A stretch of 63,976 nucleotides of DNA, the filler included, from Lenisia limosa (taxonomy: Eukaryota; Protista; Breviatea), in the NCBI GenBank assembly GCA_001655205.1. It is 13 parts of 13 records of this genome, joined end to end, with 100 filler letters (N's around TTAATTAATTAA, not from the genome) between each part and the next. Parts side by side here need not be neighbours in the genome. Positions count along the whole stretch, not along the records: positions 10,378 to 12,906 come from LPNZ01005736.1; positions 13,007 to 14,318 come from LPNZ01002700.1; positions 14,419 to 20,514 come from LPNZ01007392.1; positions 20,615 to 21,732 come from LPNZ01003286.1; positions 21,833 to 40,935 come from LPNZ01009532.1; 8 more parts are not named here. One strand, given 5' to 3'. Position numbers and translations under genes: made by a program. The notes under the pieces are model-generated. The model saw only the letters and a list, made by a program, of their open reading frames with translations, ran no database searches and was not told the DNA's origin. The first letter of the stretch is position 1. Each line of letters begins with the position of its first letter. Of the stretch, positions 10,378 to 23,025 are shown one piece after another.

Positions 10378-12843
10378 TGACGTCCTCGCCGTCAGTGTCC
10401 AACTCCGTCTTGATAGCGCTCATATTGCCGCAACCGGACAGTCCATTTCAGCTACTATGAGTATGGGGGAGGGGGGATTAGTATTCTTGGACCTTTTATT
10501 TCAAAACTCCATTTATTATGTCTGGTATTACTTGGCAGAGTAAATATTTTGGCTCTTTGTTTTTATTACGTCCCCTCCGGTATTCTTGGTTGAAGTTCCC
10601 CTCCCTTTATCCTCCCTTTTGTTTCATAAATTCCCCTCTCTTCACCCCCTCCAGCCAATACCTTCGACGCCTCCAACCCTGGTGATACGGTGCCTTACAG
10701 CATCGAAGTCGGTACTAACCTCCAAGTCGCTTTCCCGGTTNNNNNNNNNNNNNNNNNNNNNNNNNNNNNNNNNNNNNNNNNNNNNNNNNNNNNNNNNNNN
10801 NNNNNNNNNNNNNNNNNNNNNNNNNNNNNNNNNNNNNNNNNNNNNNNNTCATTATACATGTCATATATCTCAGTTAAAATATTATATTAAATCGTTGACA
10901 CTCATTAGACTGCCCCTGCTGCTTGCTATGCTGGAGGGTACTGCTCCCTGCCCATCATCGTCACCAACCTCGGCTTTTCTGACTGCGCCTCAGGTAGGCA
11001 CTTCTAGATGATGAGATGTGAAGAGCCCAATAATCATCCTACAAGCGAAACAGCTTTCGATCACCAGCTTCTTGTTTCATGATATCCTTTTAGCCCCCCC
11101 CCCCCCCCNNNNNNNNNNNNNNNNNNNNNNNNNNNNNNNNNNNNNNNNNNNNNNNNNNNNNNNNNNNNNNNNNNNNNNNNNNNNNNNNNNNNNNNNNNNN
11201 NNNNNNNNNNNNNNNNNNNNNNNNNNNNNNNNNNNNNNNNNNNNNNNNNNNNNNNNNNNNNNNNNNNNNNNNNNNNNNNNNNNNNNNNNNNNNNNNNNNN
11301 NNNNCTGTTCTTTTGAAATTTTTTAGGTTTTAACACCAATGTTAGTCTTCCAATGCACCTATTCATTATTTCCATTGTTGACCCCTCCAGGCGCCTCTCA
11401 GCCCTACAATCTTGTTGTTGAGGTTCCCTCTACCGGCTTCCCCAGCCAGCTCTACCCCGTGACTGCTGTTGCCACTACTGTGACACCCAAGGTATTCCTC
11501 CCGTTTTCTTTTTATGGGTTTTATTTTGTTCAATAGAATAACTAGATTATAAATGAGAAAGCAGAATGTGGTAACAATTGACAGAAGTGCACTGAGCAAA
11601 TCAATCATTGTGACAACTCTGTTAATCATTGGTTAACTTCTTCGCAGTTTGTATCACCCTCAACAACTGAGACTGCCACGGCCCCCGCCATTCCCATTGA
11701 GGAACTCGCCCAATTGGCGATGCCCATTTCTATCAACGCTGCCAACCCCGTGTCTTCTGGGTCAACTGTAGGGAAAGGGGAGCTTTTGATTATTTATATT
11801 ATTGTTCATGGAGTTCTTTTGATTAACCTAAATCCAAAATCTTACCCCCCCAGGTTATCTACGCCCTGGGTATCAGTAATGTGGGACCATCATCATCAAC
11901 TACTATCACCGCCAACGTTACGTTCCCTTCGGTGCTGTCTTCCATTACTGTCAAGCCTGGTATGGTGGATAAGGAGGATTTCGAACACACAATGGTCTTC
12001 TGGGAATTTTTTTAAAAGCAGAATGATGGGGGGGGGGGGGGGNNNNNNNNNNNNNNNNNNNNNNNNNNNNNNNNNNNNNNNNNNNNNNNNNNNNNNNNNN
12101 NNNNNNNNNNNNNNNNNNNNNNNAAGAGTGCCACTGACGACCACGTCTACCAATGCACTATCCCAGGTAGGGGAGTCCACTTGAAGGCGCTTCTTCGCAT
12201 CACATAAAACAGATTAAGACATACAACAAGATAAAGCAATCAAAATGCATCCCTTTTCCATATTTGAACCCCTTTCCCCGTATTTTTTTACTGCCAAAAC
12301 TCATTGCTAGGTCTGAACAAGGGCTCTACGGTGTCCCTTGCCTCCTCGGCCGTCTTGGATCCCACACACATCGGCGACTTCACCCTGACTGCTGGTTGGG
12401 GGGTGGGCTTTGTCTGTGAATAGCGTTTTTTTTTTGTTGTTTTTTTTTTTGTTGTTTTTTTTTTTTNNNNNNNNNNNNNNNNNNNNNNNNNNNNNNNNNN
12501 NNNNNNNNNNNNNNNNNNNNNNNNNNNNNNNNNNNNNNNNNNNNNNNNNNNNNNNNNNNNNNNNNNNNNNNNNNNNNNNNNNNNNNNNNNNNNNNNNNNN
12601 NNNNNNNNNNNNNNNNNNNNNNNNNGCCCTGCTTTCCGACTCCAAGCCCATTGTCGCAGGACCGACTGATGCCAACTCAGGTGGGGGGACTTTGTTGATT
12701 TCTACGTTTATGTGTCCGTAGGTACTTATCCTCCTTCTGCCTCATTTGTTCTTCATTCTAACGGTATCCTACACCTGACGTTGCAGGTGACACTGTGTAC
12801 ACCTCTATCGGCTCTGTTTGTGGAGGTCCATCTCTCTGCAAGG
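10378..12843 (+). CDS. Ser/Thr-rich extracellular-type protein with DUF11/Ig-like repeats (partial)
   Basis: In-frame exons include GGYCSLPIIVTNLGFSDCASG, ANPVSSGST|VIYALGISNVGPSSTTITANVTFPSVLSSITVKP and YQCTIP|GLNKGSTVSLASSAV, resembling the DUF11 pattern (Y-T-I-T-V-T-N-x-G-P-S...L-x-x-G-x-S/T). Family call is by eye. Confidence 0.5.
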
Positions 12844-13122
12844 TGAGCGAGGGGCTTAATTTGTGTCGAACGGTTGAAATATCCATTCACCCCCCCCCCC
12901 CACCTANNNNNNNNNNNNNNNNNNNNNNNNNNNNNNNNNNNNNNNNNNNNTTAATTAATTAANNNNNNNNNNNNNNNNNNNNNNNNNNNNNNNNNNNNNN
13001 NNNNNNAACCCTCGTGTGTTTCTAGCTTACAGAGATGATTTCTAGCTTACAGATTATTGTGCGCTTTTTTACAAAACATATAATATTTGTTTCAGAAATT
13101 TTCCAATTTCACTCCTCCCTAG

Positions 13123-14099
13123 ACTCCCACCAAGACCAAAAAACCAGCCTCATCTAAGCCGGCCCGGCCCTCTAAGAAGGCCAATAACGGTGCGGGTGGG
13201 TGAAAAGTTGTGCATGTGTGTGTGGAAGGGGGATGAGTCCTCAACAATGTACAATCATATGAGGTATGAAGTGCACAGAGTACACTTGATATATAAATAT
13301 ATGTATATTTATACTTATATCATATATTGTAGATATTGATATAGTATATTTGGTATTATGTAATATATGAAGACGATCCTTTGGAGAGCTGCTTTAACCC
13401 CCCAGACGAAAATTCAGACAATTCCGAAAGGAGTAGCAGTAATAAGCAAAACTGTGGGCGGTGACGAGAGGTAGAAACTATTGGGTAATAAACAAGCAAA
13501 CAAAATTGAAAAACACATATTTACCATAAGATATAGAATATGGGGTGACATAAAAGCATTGGCATATTAAATAATTTTACTTTATCACTGATTGGATGAA
13601 TTAATTCTTACTATAATCCGATATCATGTCTATTTTCATTTCTCTCATTATTCAGCTGAGTTGATCGCTCCCGAACCAGTACACTCCGTCAGGTATGGGG
13701 AGGGGGTTGCTGCCCGCTTTTTCATAGGTAAATAACTAGGAAATAGGGTGGACAGCGCTTAGATACAACCTTGTTTTTTATTTCTCATAATTATATTATG
13801 TACATTATGATGTGCATATCATACACTTACCCTCATAACCTCAATAGGGCTTCACTTCGGTTCATAAACAGACTGAATTTCTCAATAAATCCTTGATAAA
13901 TATCGATATTTTATCGTCTTTTTCGAACCGAAGTGAAGCCTTCACCCATTGACATTCACATCCACATATTTCACACTCCCATCTTACCCCCACTAGTGTG
14001 AATAGTTTTGATAGTTCTGATGATGATGTGTCCTCCATCCCTGCCGCTAATACTAAGCCGCCAAGACCTTCTGCCAAGGCCGGCCCGACAATGACCAAA
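13123..14099 (+). CDS. Fragment of a Pro/Lys/Ser-rich hypothetical protein
   Basis: Exons TPTKTKKPASSKPARPSKKANN and ...SDDDVSSIPAANTKPPRPSAKAGPTMTK, with donors GTGCGG, GTATGG and GTAGGG. Confidence 0.45.
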
Positions 14100-15071
14100 G
14101 TAGGGGGGAGGGGACTTTTTGTTTCGTCTCTTTCCCATCTTTTGTTTGTTTTGTTGCTATCAGCCCTTCTGTGTTGTCAGCCAACAGAGTTGATTTTGGG
14201 CTTTTTGTTTCATAAATTTTCAAAAACATTATCTCTACAAACTCCACTTTTTTCCTGTTTTCGTTTGCCAATAGTATTGATTCAGGGTTTTGTTTTGTTT
14301 TATTAATTATCCACCTTGNNNNNNNNNNNNNNNNNNNNNNNNNNNNNNNNNNNNNNNNNNNNTTAATTAATTAANNNNNNNNNNNNNNNNNNNNNNNNNN
14401 NNNNNNNNNNNNNNNNNNAGATGGCTGGCGATGAAAGGGGGGACACGGGTCGGGGGCTGTCGTTTTGCTGTCATCGCCTCTGTTAGTTGCCGTGCACTGG
14501 GAGGTAAGGATGGAATATTTATGAAACAAAAAAGCCCCATCAATTCTGATGGCTAGCAACACACGAGGGTTGAAAAAAAATCAAAGCCTAGGGAAAAAAT
14601 GGAAAAAATATGATACTGAAACAAAAAAAAAAACATATCGTAAGTTATTCCTTGTTTACNNNNNNNNNNNNNNNNNNNNNNNNNNNNNNNNNNNNNNNNN
14701 NNNNNNNNNNNNNNNNNNNNNNNNNNNNNNNNNNNNNNNNNNNNNNNNNNNNNNNNNNNNNNNNNNNNNNNNNNNNNNNNNNNNNNNNNNNNNNNNNNNN
14801 NNNNNNNNNNNNNNNNNNNNNNNNNNNNNNNNNNNNNNNNNNNNNNNNNNNNNNNNNNNNNNNNNNNNNNNNNNNNNNNNNNNNNNNNNNNNNNNNNNNN
14901 NNNNNNNNNNNNNNNNNNNNNNNNNNNNCAAAACAAAATCCAGATTCAACTCTGTTTGCTCGCATTTGGGAAACACACACTGAGGCCGGGTAAAATGAAA
15001 AATTGATGAAGGATCAAAAAGATCCAAGTGGTACTGTATGCTGTTCGGCCCCAATAATAAGACTAACAAAC

Positions 15072-15318
15072 CTGAATGATTGAAGGATGATCTACGGGAT
15101 CTTGGTCTGCTAAATCGTATCGGTCATGTCGGTCAAAACCATCAGGATTTCTGTCATGTCTTTCAGGTTTTCTGTCAAATCGTTCGGGATTTCTGTCATA
15201 TCTAATATTACTGTCACTGTCATTGTCATGATTTTGCCCATCATGTCTGTCACCAAAAGACGGGTCCGAGGCTGCGGAGGTTTCTGCCGCATTTGATGAC
15301 GTGTCAGCGGCATGTGTT
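15072..15318 (-). CDS. Exon of a hypothetical protein with a 21-bp (7-aa) repeat
   Basis: Open exon between an AG and a GTTTGT donor encoding ...YDRNPERF-DRKPERH-DRNPDGF-DRHDRYD... Confidence 0.45.
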
Positions 15319-17973
15319 CTACATTTATGAAATGTGGGGAATTGGTGGGGGTATTGAAAGAAATTGTAAGTCGTTCCTTTGTTAAAAATATAAAAAAAAA
15401 TGTAAGAATGTACATGTATGTAATATAATTTAATAGTCTATATATATACATATATTATAATGGAATATTTACATAAAGCTTGATACGGCTTCACAATAGT
15501 ACCAAAAGACCGAATTTCTCGATAAATCATCAATACAGTATATAGATATTATTACACTGTTCGGACTGTAGAGAAGCCCTGGATACCAATGAAGGCAAAT
15601 TTGCCCACAATATAACTGTAGAACTGAAGAACAGTCAACACATGTTGTAGTAATGTATCGTTATAATGAAGAAAACACGGGTATAAGCTTGCTGTAAAAC
15701 TACTCCCCCCCTTGCATACCCAGAATAGGGTGATACATGATCTGTGGTGCTTCGAATACTTGATACGGGAGATTTCCATCCGAAAAAATCCTCTGTAGAG
15801 GTGAGACATAGTGAGTTACCCATTTTCCCGAGTGATATGATCATATTGCCTTTCAAGTCGACATATGAACGAAGATAACATCACAGTTTTTTTCCGATTT
15901 AATCAGAGCATCATTGAGACATGAAAAGTCAATTATCATCTGCCACTGTGTGGTGTGTGATAATGACCCACAAAGTGATATACTATAAAGGAACAGCTAC
16001 ATCCCTCTTTGCTATCAAAGGGATCCGCAGTGCAGTCGAGAGGTACACATGGTACTACATATCATATCATATGTCACAGGTATGTGATCAAAAGTAACCT
16101 GTTTGATACAAAGTCCTTGCTGTGTGAATACCTCAAATTGGTCAAACTACAAATCAAACCATACACATGCACGCACCACTCAACCAAGCCACTAACACCC
16201 TTGATTACATCGCCATCACCTCATTCACCCCTCAATCCTCGATCAAAGTCCTTGTCCTCATCCCACCTTCTTCAGTTGATGTTCCCAACTCCGGGCCAAA
16301 TATGCTGGCTGGCTGGTCTGCACCGTCAGTAATTGTCCGCAATAATAGTAATAGTCAACAACACAGACAACAATAGTCAACAATATAATAGTCAATAACA
16401 CAGACAACAATAGTCATTAATCATTAATACTCATTAATAGTCAGTAATGGTCAGCAATACAGCTACTAACACAGAATGGCATTTATCAATGCGTGGCATA
16501 GACTGCGAATAAAAACATGCCAAAACAACTCAATAACAAAATATTGATATTCCAAAGCAGTGCCCCGTAGTGTCCTTCGAAGAGGTTTTTCTGAACTGCA
16601 TATGGATTTCTAAAGGATCTTGCAACCTGAAATGCTCCAAATACGTTGAATTGAACAATTACCCCTCTTCCAAAATAAATCTTTTCTCTTCCCTTGGTGG
16701 ATAACTTTACTTCAAAAAAAAGCTTAGAAGAAGAGAGTTACTTTTATTTCACTTAAAAATACCAAATTAAATGAGAAAAACGATCTGGGGAGAGGAGAAC
16801 GGTAACGGAAACGGGGAATGTACCAAACCAACGCTTTTTCCAGTTTTCCTACTTGCCAATCTCTTACTGACAAAATATAACCCACCAGTACCACAACTCA
16901 CAGTAGTTAGATGAAGGCTTTCCGGTCTTCATGATGAGCTAAGTGAACAACAACATACTATCTTGGATCTAATAATGTGGGTTGAACAGGGTTTTGTCTG
17001 ATCTTCAATCCGCTGTCTCAAATAGTAAGAACTTTATCGTTGACCTCAGAAAGCAAGAAAAGAGGGTCAGAAACGGCAAAACTGCGGCAAAAAGCAAAAC
17101 AACTGTCCTCTCCATGAAATACAATAAAAACAGAATTCAGTCACAACGAAATGAGCCGGTTATACTGCTAATGAAGTTGTATTGCAGGATATTCTCATAA
17201 ATTTAAGGGTTTAGATATCGGAACCTTGAGGATTTCATTTTTGTTTTCCCTCTTGCTCTGGTTATAGAACAGCCCCTTTGTGCTCCTTGTAATGTGGGAC
17301 GAAGGCAACTCCTTCAAGGTTAGTAATCAATCATGAAACTTCCCCTAATCAATTCGTCTCCCGCCTGCAATGCCAATATTATTTCCTTGCTTATCATCAC
17401 CACATTGTCATTGCTACTGCCCATCTCTGGCTCTATTTCTGCTGCTTTTAACAGAATGTGAATATATTTATGGCATGTAATGATCCTGTCTCTTGTTCTT
17501 TGAAAATAGCGGGATGCTCTTCCTCTTTTCATCATTAAATTAGTTTATCAATATTTTGGATTGCGAGTGGTATTAGTTTCATTTCTGCAAAAAAATGTAA
17601 ATATTTAATTGATAACTTTTTTGAATATATTAACGCTCCATTCCAAACGTGATGAAATGGGGGGAGGAAAGACTGGCCAATTGCTTATCCTTTTGTTATT
17701 GACATTTTTTGACTTCTCTTAGATCTCTATAATATGTATGTATCCTAACTTATTCATGAAAGAAAGATTTGAAGTTTGAGGTTTCGTTAAATTATTGCTC
17801 ATTTCAACATGTTTCAGAAAACTCACATAAGAATAACTAATTTATAACAGCACCGATAAAGAACTTAAAGTAAATTGTGTAGGAACAAGCCACTTCTCTC
17901 ACAAATACCGTATTAACAGAACATTTTTCAAGCAGGGGGCTACTGGTATATTTGAACGTGTCCAACATTGTAG

Positions 17974-20352
17974 TCGCAATGGGATTCCCACAAGCGCGGC
18001 CGCGGCGGTAGAGGCGGCGGACGTGGAAGAGGCCGGAGCGACTTTGAGGAGTTTCAGGACGACGGAGGCTTTGGAGGTGCCTGGGGTTTCATAATGGCAC
18101 CTGATTTCACACCTGAAAAGAACTGTAATTGGATTTTAGAACATTCCTGATAGTACCCTTTCATCTTCTGTTATAATATAATATCCGTCTTATGGTTTGA
18201 GTCTTCTAATACAACCTTTTAACTCTCTCATAATGCTCCTAGGAGGAAAAAGGCGAGGACGTCGCAATGACTTTGACTACGATGATGACGAAGCCGGTGG
18301 CTTTGGACAGCGTCAAGGCAGGGGGCAGAGCTACGATGAACATGAAGCAAATAGTGAATACCAATTCTACGAGAGCAGAAGGTATATGGGCATTCAACCG
18401 ACAAGGTCACACTGTATAGCGTCTGACGAGCAGTGTGTTATAATAACAACATTCAAACCAACATCATGCTATATTAACCAACATTCTGCTATATTAACGA
18501 ACATCATGCTTTATTAACCAACATTTATTAACGAACATTATGCTATATTAACCAACATTATGCTATATTAACGACATTCTAACGAGCAGGGGTCGCGGCG
18601 GAAGAGGTGGCGGAAGAGGCCGAGGACGCGGCCGGAGGGAGGAAGTTGCCCCAGATGTGGACTGGTCTCAGAAAGATCAGCCGGAACCAAGCGTNNNNNN
18701 NNNNNNNNNNNNNNNNNNNNNNNNNNNNNNNNNNNNNNNNNNNNNNNNNNNNGGGGGGGGAGGCTATAGAAGCAAGTTTGTTTTGTGTGTGAGTACAATA
18801 CGCTTCATAATGACACTGTTTTCCTTTTATTTCCTTCCTTTATGTCTATTTGCTCCTCTATAATTTGCTATTTTTAGTAGTTTTGTTGTCATATTAGTTA
18901 GTTACTCTTTGCTTGTAATATATTTATTAGCCAGTCTCCCTGTTTTTCTCATTAATGCAGGGAACACTAGTTCGATTCGGTACTACGCAGCTCAACAAGG
19001 ACGGAGAACGGAGCCGCCAGAAGAAGACTGGAATGTCGAGCTACGGCCATGTCTGGAACCAGGAGGTGAGTATCTTTAGGTGTGCCAATATTACAGCCTC
19101 ACTTTCGGTTCCAATATAGACTGAATTTTCGATAAACCCTCGATAAATATCGATATTTTACACGTCTTTTGGAACCAAAGTGAAGCTCATTCCAATGTAC
19201 ACAGTGACCAAGGTAAGTCTTGACCGATATGCACTGTCATCGGTCAAGCCTTACCAAGTATTATTCTTATATGATAATATATCATAAATAGTATTTTGCT
19301 TTCTCAAAAAAGAGTCACGAATGCATTCTGAACGCCACAGGCCTATGATGAAGAGGGACGGAGACGATTCCATGGTGCTTTCACTGGTGGCTTCTCTGCT
19401 GGATACTTCAACACTGTTGGCAGCAAGGAAGGTAATGAAAGGGCAGAATAGTGCTATACTCGTAAATTATACTACATACCATAATATCACATAGCTACTA
19501 TGATATCATTAGGGCTACACTTCAGTTCGAAAAAAAGACGGAATTTCTCAATAAATCCTCGAAAACTATCAATAATTTACAGGTCTTTTTCGAACTGAAG
19601 TGAAGCCCTAGATATCATATAATATTTAATCGACCTTTTTTTGAAACCTGCTTCTGACAACCCGAATAAATGGCCCAACCCCATGTATTATTATTTTATG
19701 TAACACAGTATTTTATTTATTTAATGTTTTTCTTGCATCCAAAACGGCCGTAACGTCCTGAAATTTTCCTAAGGATGGACGCCTCAAACCTATCTCTCTT
19801 CCCGCACCAAACGCAACGATAACGCACAAAACGTGGAGGACTTCATGGACGCTGAGGATCTGGACAGCTATCAGAAACTGGCTACAACAGGACAGTTCAA
19901 GGTGGGGGCAGGCAATGCTGTTGGGATTTCATTGCACATTTGTTTAAAAGGGAGTTTCTTAGGAAGGTTCCCTACGGTCCCAGAAAAGAGTGAATTTCTC
20001 GATTAATCCTCGAAAAATATCGATATTTTGAGGGTATTTTCCGGACCAAGTAAATCTTTCATGATAACCCCCCAGCGTCCGTCCACGTCCATATTTGACC
20101 GAACATCCAACCATCACGTCACCGCCGCTTCCGAGGACATTGGTAGGGTGAACCCTGGCTGAAGATACTTTCTTGGTGTGGCTACCAAAATCCATCAATA
20201 GTATTAATAAACTGACGCATGTCAGCAGTGTGTTTCGGTGTTTTTTGTTTCATAAATTTACATTTACTCCCCCCTCCCCCCAGGAACCCAAATTCTCCGA
20301 CGAATGGGGTGGAAGGATGGAGAGGGCACAGGAAGCAAAATGGAAACAAGAG
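17974..20352 (+). CDS. GPATCH1: G-patch domain-containing protein 1 / TOUGH-like splicing factor, 3'-truncated by scaffold end
   Basis: Exon 19341-19431 plus the next exon encode [29 protein letters not shown]|[29 protein letters not shown] (DUF1604 signature of GPATCH1/TGH). Exon 20284-20352 completes DIG|[16 protein letters not shown] (G-patch). The upstream RGG-rich exons are inferred to belong to the same gene. Confidence 0.9.
18467..18590. repeat. ~20-bp degenerate minisatellite in a GPATCH1 intron
   Basis: Unit (A)TGCTATATTAAC(C/G)AACATT repeated about 6 times. Confidence 0.8.
19510..19610. mobile_element. Family A: hAT-type MITE (~90-100 bp), perfect 8-bp TSD
   Basis: TIRs TAGGGCT(A/T)CACTTCAGTTCGAAAA...TTTTCGAACTGAAGTGAAGCCCTA; GATATCAT on both sides (19502-19509 and 19611-19618). 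Confidence 0.9.
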
Positions 20353-20614
20353 GTTGGAGGGTGTAGGCCCTATTGGATTGAATTAATTCATTGGAATACG
20401 CAGTTAAAGTATCACGGCTCCTCGTCACCACGTTGTTGGAAGCAAACAAGCTACGTATCAGAGAATATACACAATGATGGGTGATATCATACAATCACAC
20501 ATTATTTTCACAAGNNNNNNNNNNNNNNNNNNNNNNNNNNNNNNNNNNNNNNNNNNNNTTAATTAATTAANNNNNNNNNNNNNNNNNNNNNNNNNNNNNN
20601 NNNNNNNNNNNNNN

Positions 20615-21655
20615 GAAGCCGGTCGTCAGAAAAAACGCTGCATCTTTCCGGGCACATTCTCTGCAACGCAATCAGCTTACGCACCTTCGAACAGCCGCCA
20701 CAGGACCGGTGGGCTATGATTATGGATTTTCTCCGGCCCAAAAAAAGACTGGTACAATATCGATATTTATCGAGGATTTATCGAGGATTTATCGAGGATT
20801 TATCGAGGATTTATCGAGAGCGGGGGGTACAGTGTTGAGAGGAGAGGGGTAGAGGATGAAGTTTTGTGGAGGCATACTAAATTGAAATTAATTTTATGGA
20901 TATTTCTTTTTTACGTTTCATAAATTTTCTAATTTTTCAACCCTTTTGTGTTGTCAGCTAACAGATTTGATTTGGGCTTTTTTTATTTCATAAATTTTCT
21001 AATTATGCTCCCCACCTTAACCCCCAGGCGTTTGCCCTGTTTGCCTCCTGAAAACCTTCCCCTTGATACAACGTGGCACCATCTCTGGGCCCTAATGAAG
21101 AACCAGCAAGAGGGACAGGTGCGGGGCTTGGACATCTTATGTTTCCGTGTGTGTTTGGATATCTTTTGTTGGTAAAGTAACTGAAAGATGGGTGTGCTAG
21201 GACACCACTTGCAGATATTTATTAGGCAGTTGTTTTGTTTGATGCCTGTGAGCGATCCAGAACTTTGTCCACAAAAATAACCTTTTTGTTTAGCTTGTGT
21301 GTTCCAGAACTTTACCCACAAATACTTTTATTACCACCCCCCCCCAAGTCACTTCTTTAGATCAGTGACATCATCATTTCGGCCACATTCGATGTAAACG
21401 TTCGTCATCATTCCATTCAAAACCTGCCTGGAGGATGGTGAGCGGTATTGGAGGGACATGCTGAATGAAAGAGAGAAATGCTCATTGCTTGGGGGGAGAG
21501 GAGCACACGCCCACTTAATTGGATTCTGTTTTTTTTGTTTCCCTCATTACCTTACAAATTTCCTCACAATGATGCAGGACGTCGTGTTCACTTACATGGC
21601 TCCTTGCTGCAACTTTCAGACACTTCGATGACGAACCCCTCAGAAGTACCATACA
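20615..21655 (+). CDS. Fragment of a hypothetical multi-exon protein
   Basis: Exons RLPCLPPENLPLDTTWHHLWALMKNQQEGQ (21028-21118) and ISDIIISATFDVNVRHHSIQNLPGG, with canonical borders. No family recognised. Confidence 0.35.
20766..20820. repeat. Tandem array of the 11-mer TTTATCGAGGA (x5), the internal motif of family A
   Basis: Directly visible, preceded by AAAAAAGACTGG...ATATCGATA as in family A. Confidence 0.9.
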
Positions 21656-23025
21656 GTGGGGGGGAGGGTTAGTTATAGAAAATTTGGGTGAATTAATATT
21701 ATACTATAATTCAAAATCTCTTATAAGCGTGANNNNNNNNNNNNNNNNNNNNNNNNNNNNNNNNNNNNNNNNNNNNTTAATTAATTAANNNNNNNNNNNN
21801 NNNNNNNNNNNNNNNNNNNNNNNNNNNNNNNNCTCTCGACATTATTCTTCGTCACCCTACCGCTTACTCCTCCTTCTCATCCTCCCTTTCTTCCCCAATT
21901 GACATTTAGGCTGGATTCTAGTTCAATCTATGACCTATTGGTTGATTCAAATGAAGCGTTTATGTTGACAAGATATAATGTTATTTCAAATTACAACTTG
22001 TCTTTCTGAGCAATGTGATTTCAAGTAGCATTCTGGAAGCATCTCCCATTCTCTCCTTTCTTCTCTCTCTCACTCACTCACCCCCTTTTTTTTCTCTCTC
22101 TCCTTCATTAATGTCTGGATAAAACGGATTTACTCCCCCCCCCCCNNNNNNNNNNNNNNNNNNNNNNNNNNNNNNNNNNNNNNNNNNNNNNNNNNNNNNN
22201 NNNNNNNNNNNNNNNNNNNNNNNNNNNNNGTCCTGACATTCCTTATTCGCACCTTGCTAACACAACAGACGCCACGCAATGTCGTATATTCTCGCTTGTG
22301 TTTTCGCATTTCCAAGGTGGGGGGAATCAAATGTCATCGACCCTTGAAAAACATTTTTTTAAAAAAAATTTTTTTTTTATATAAATCAGGCTCGGCCGTG
22401 CAGTGTTCCCTTCAGGCGCTGTTGCCACCTACCTCCCCGAGTAAACCCCCTATGGTCCTTGTATATTATGGCAGATCTTTTCTTCTTTCTTTATGGTGGT
22501 GTTGCACAGGTAAAAAAAAGGGGGGGGGATATTTTCTTAGCTTGTCATGGTCTCCCCATTCATGTCAGATAGGATGAAGAATCTCCCATACACTGGTCCA
22601 AATGTAGGGAATGTCAGAAACTGCCGCGTATCTTCAGAGTGACGGCTGCCAATAATGAAGTGGTTGAGGTAATTCCAGTTCAACTACCCAAGATGGCATG
22701 CAAAATGTTGATCGAATTTTGTCAATGTTACTTGTCTCCCCCCTCTTTCTTGTATATTTTCAACGTTACCAAATAGTGTCGGATCAATAATTAACATTGT
22801 ACCTGCCATATTAGGTTGTTGAACTGGAATTTCCTCAGTGTCAATTCTTGTGGTACCATAATTACTATGTTCTGTCTGTCCCCCCTTATTCTAGTCTTTT
22901 GGGTCTTCATAATAACAGGCTGATTTTCAACAAAATAGGAGGCAAATAGATTGCATAATAAACAAGATTAACTTAAATGGAGAAACAGAAAAATGGACGA
23001 GCATAGAAAAACAGGAAAGGAAGGG

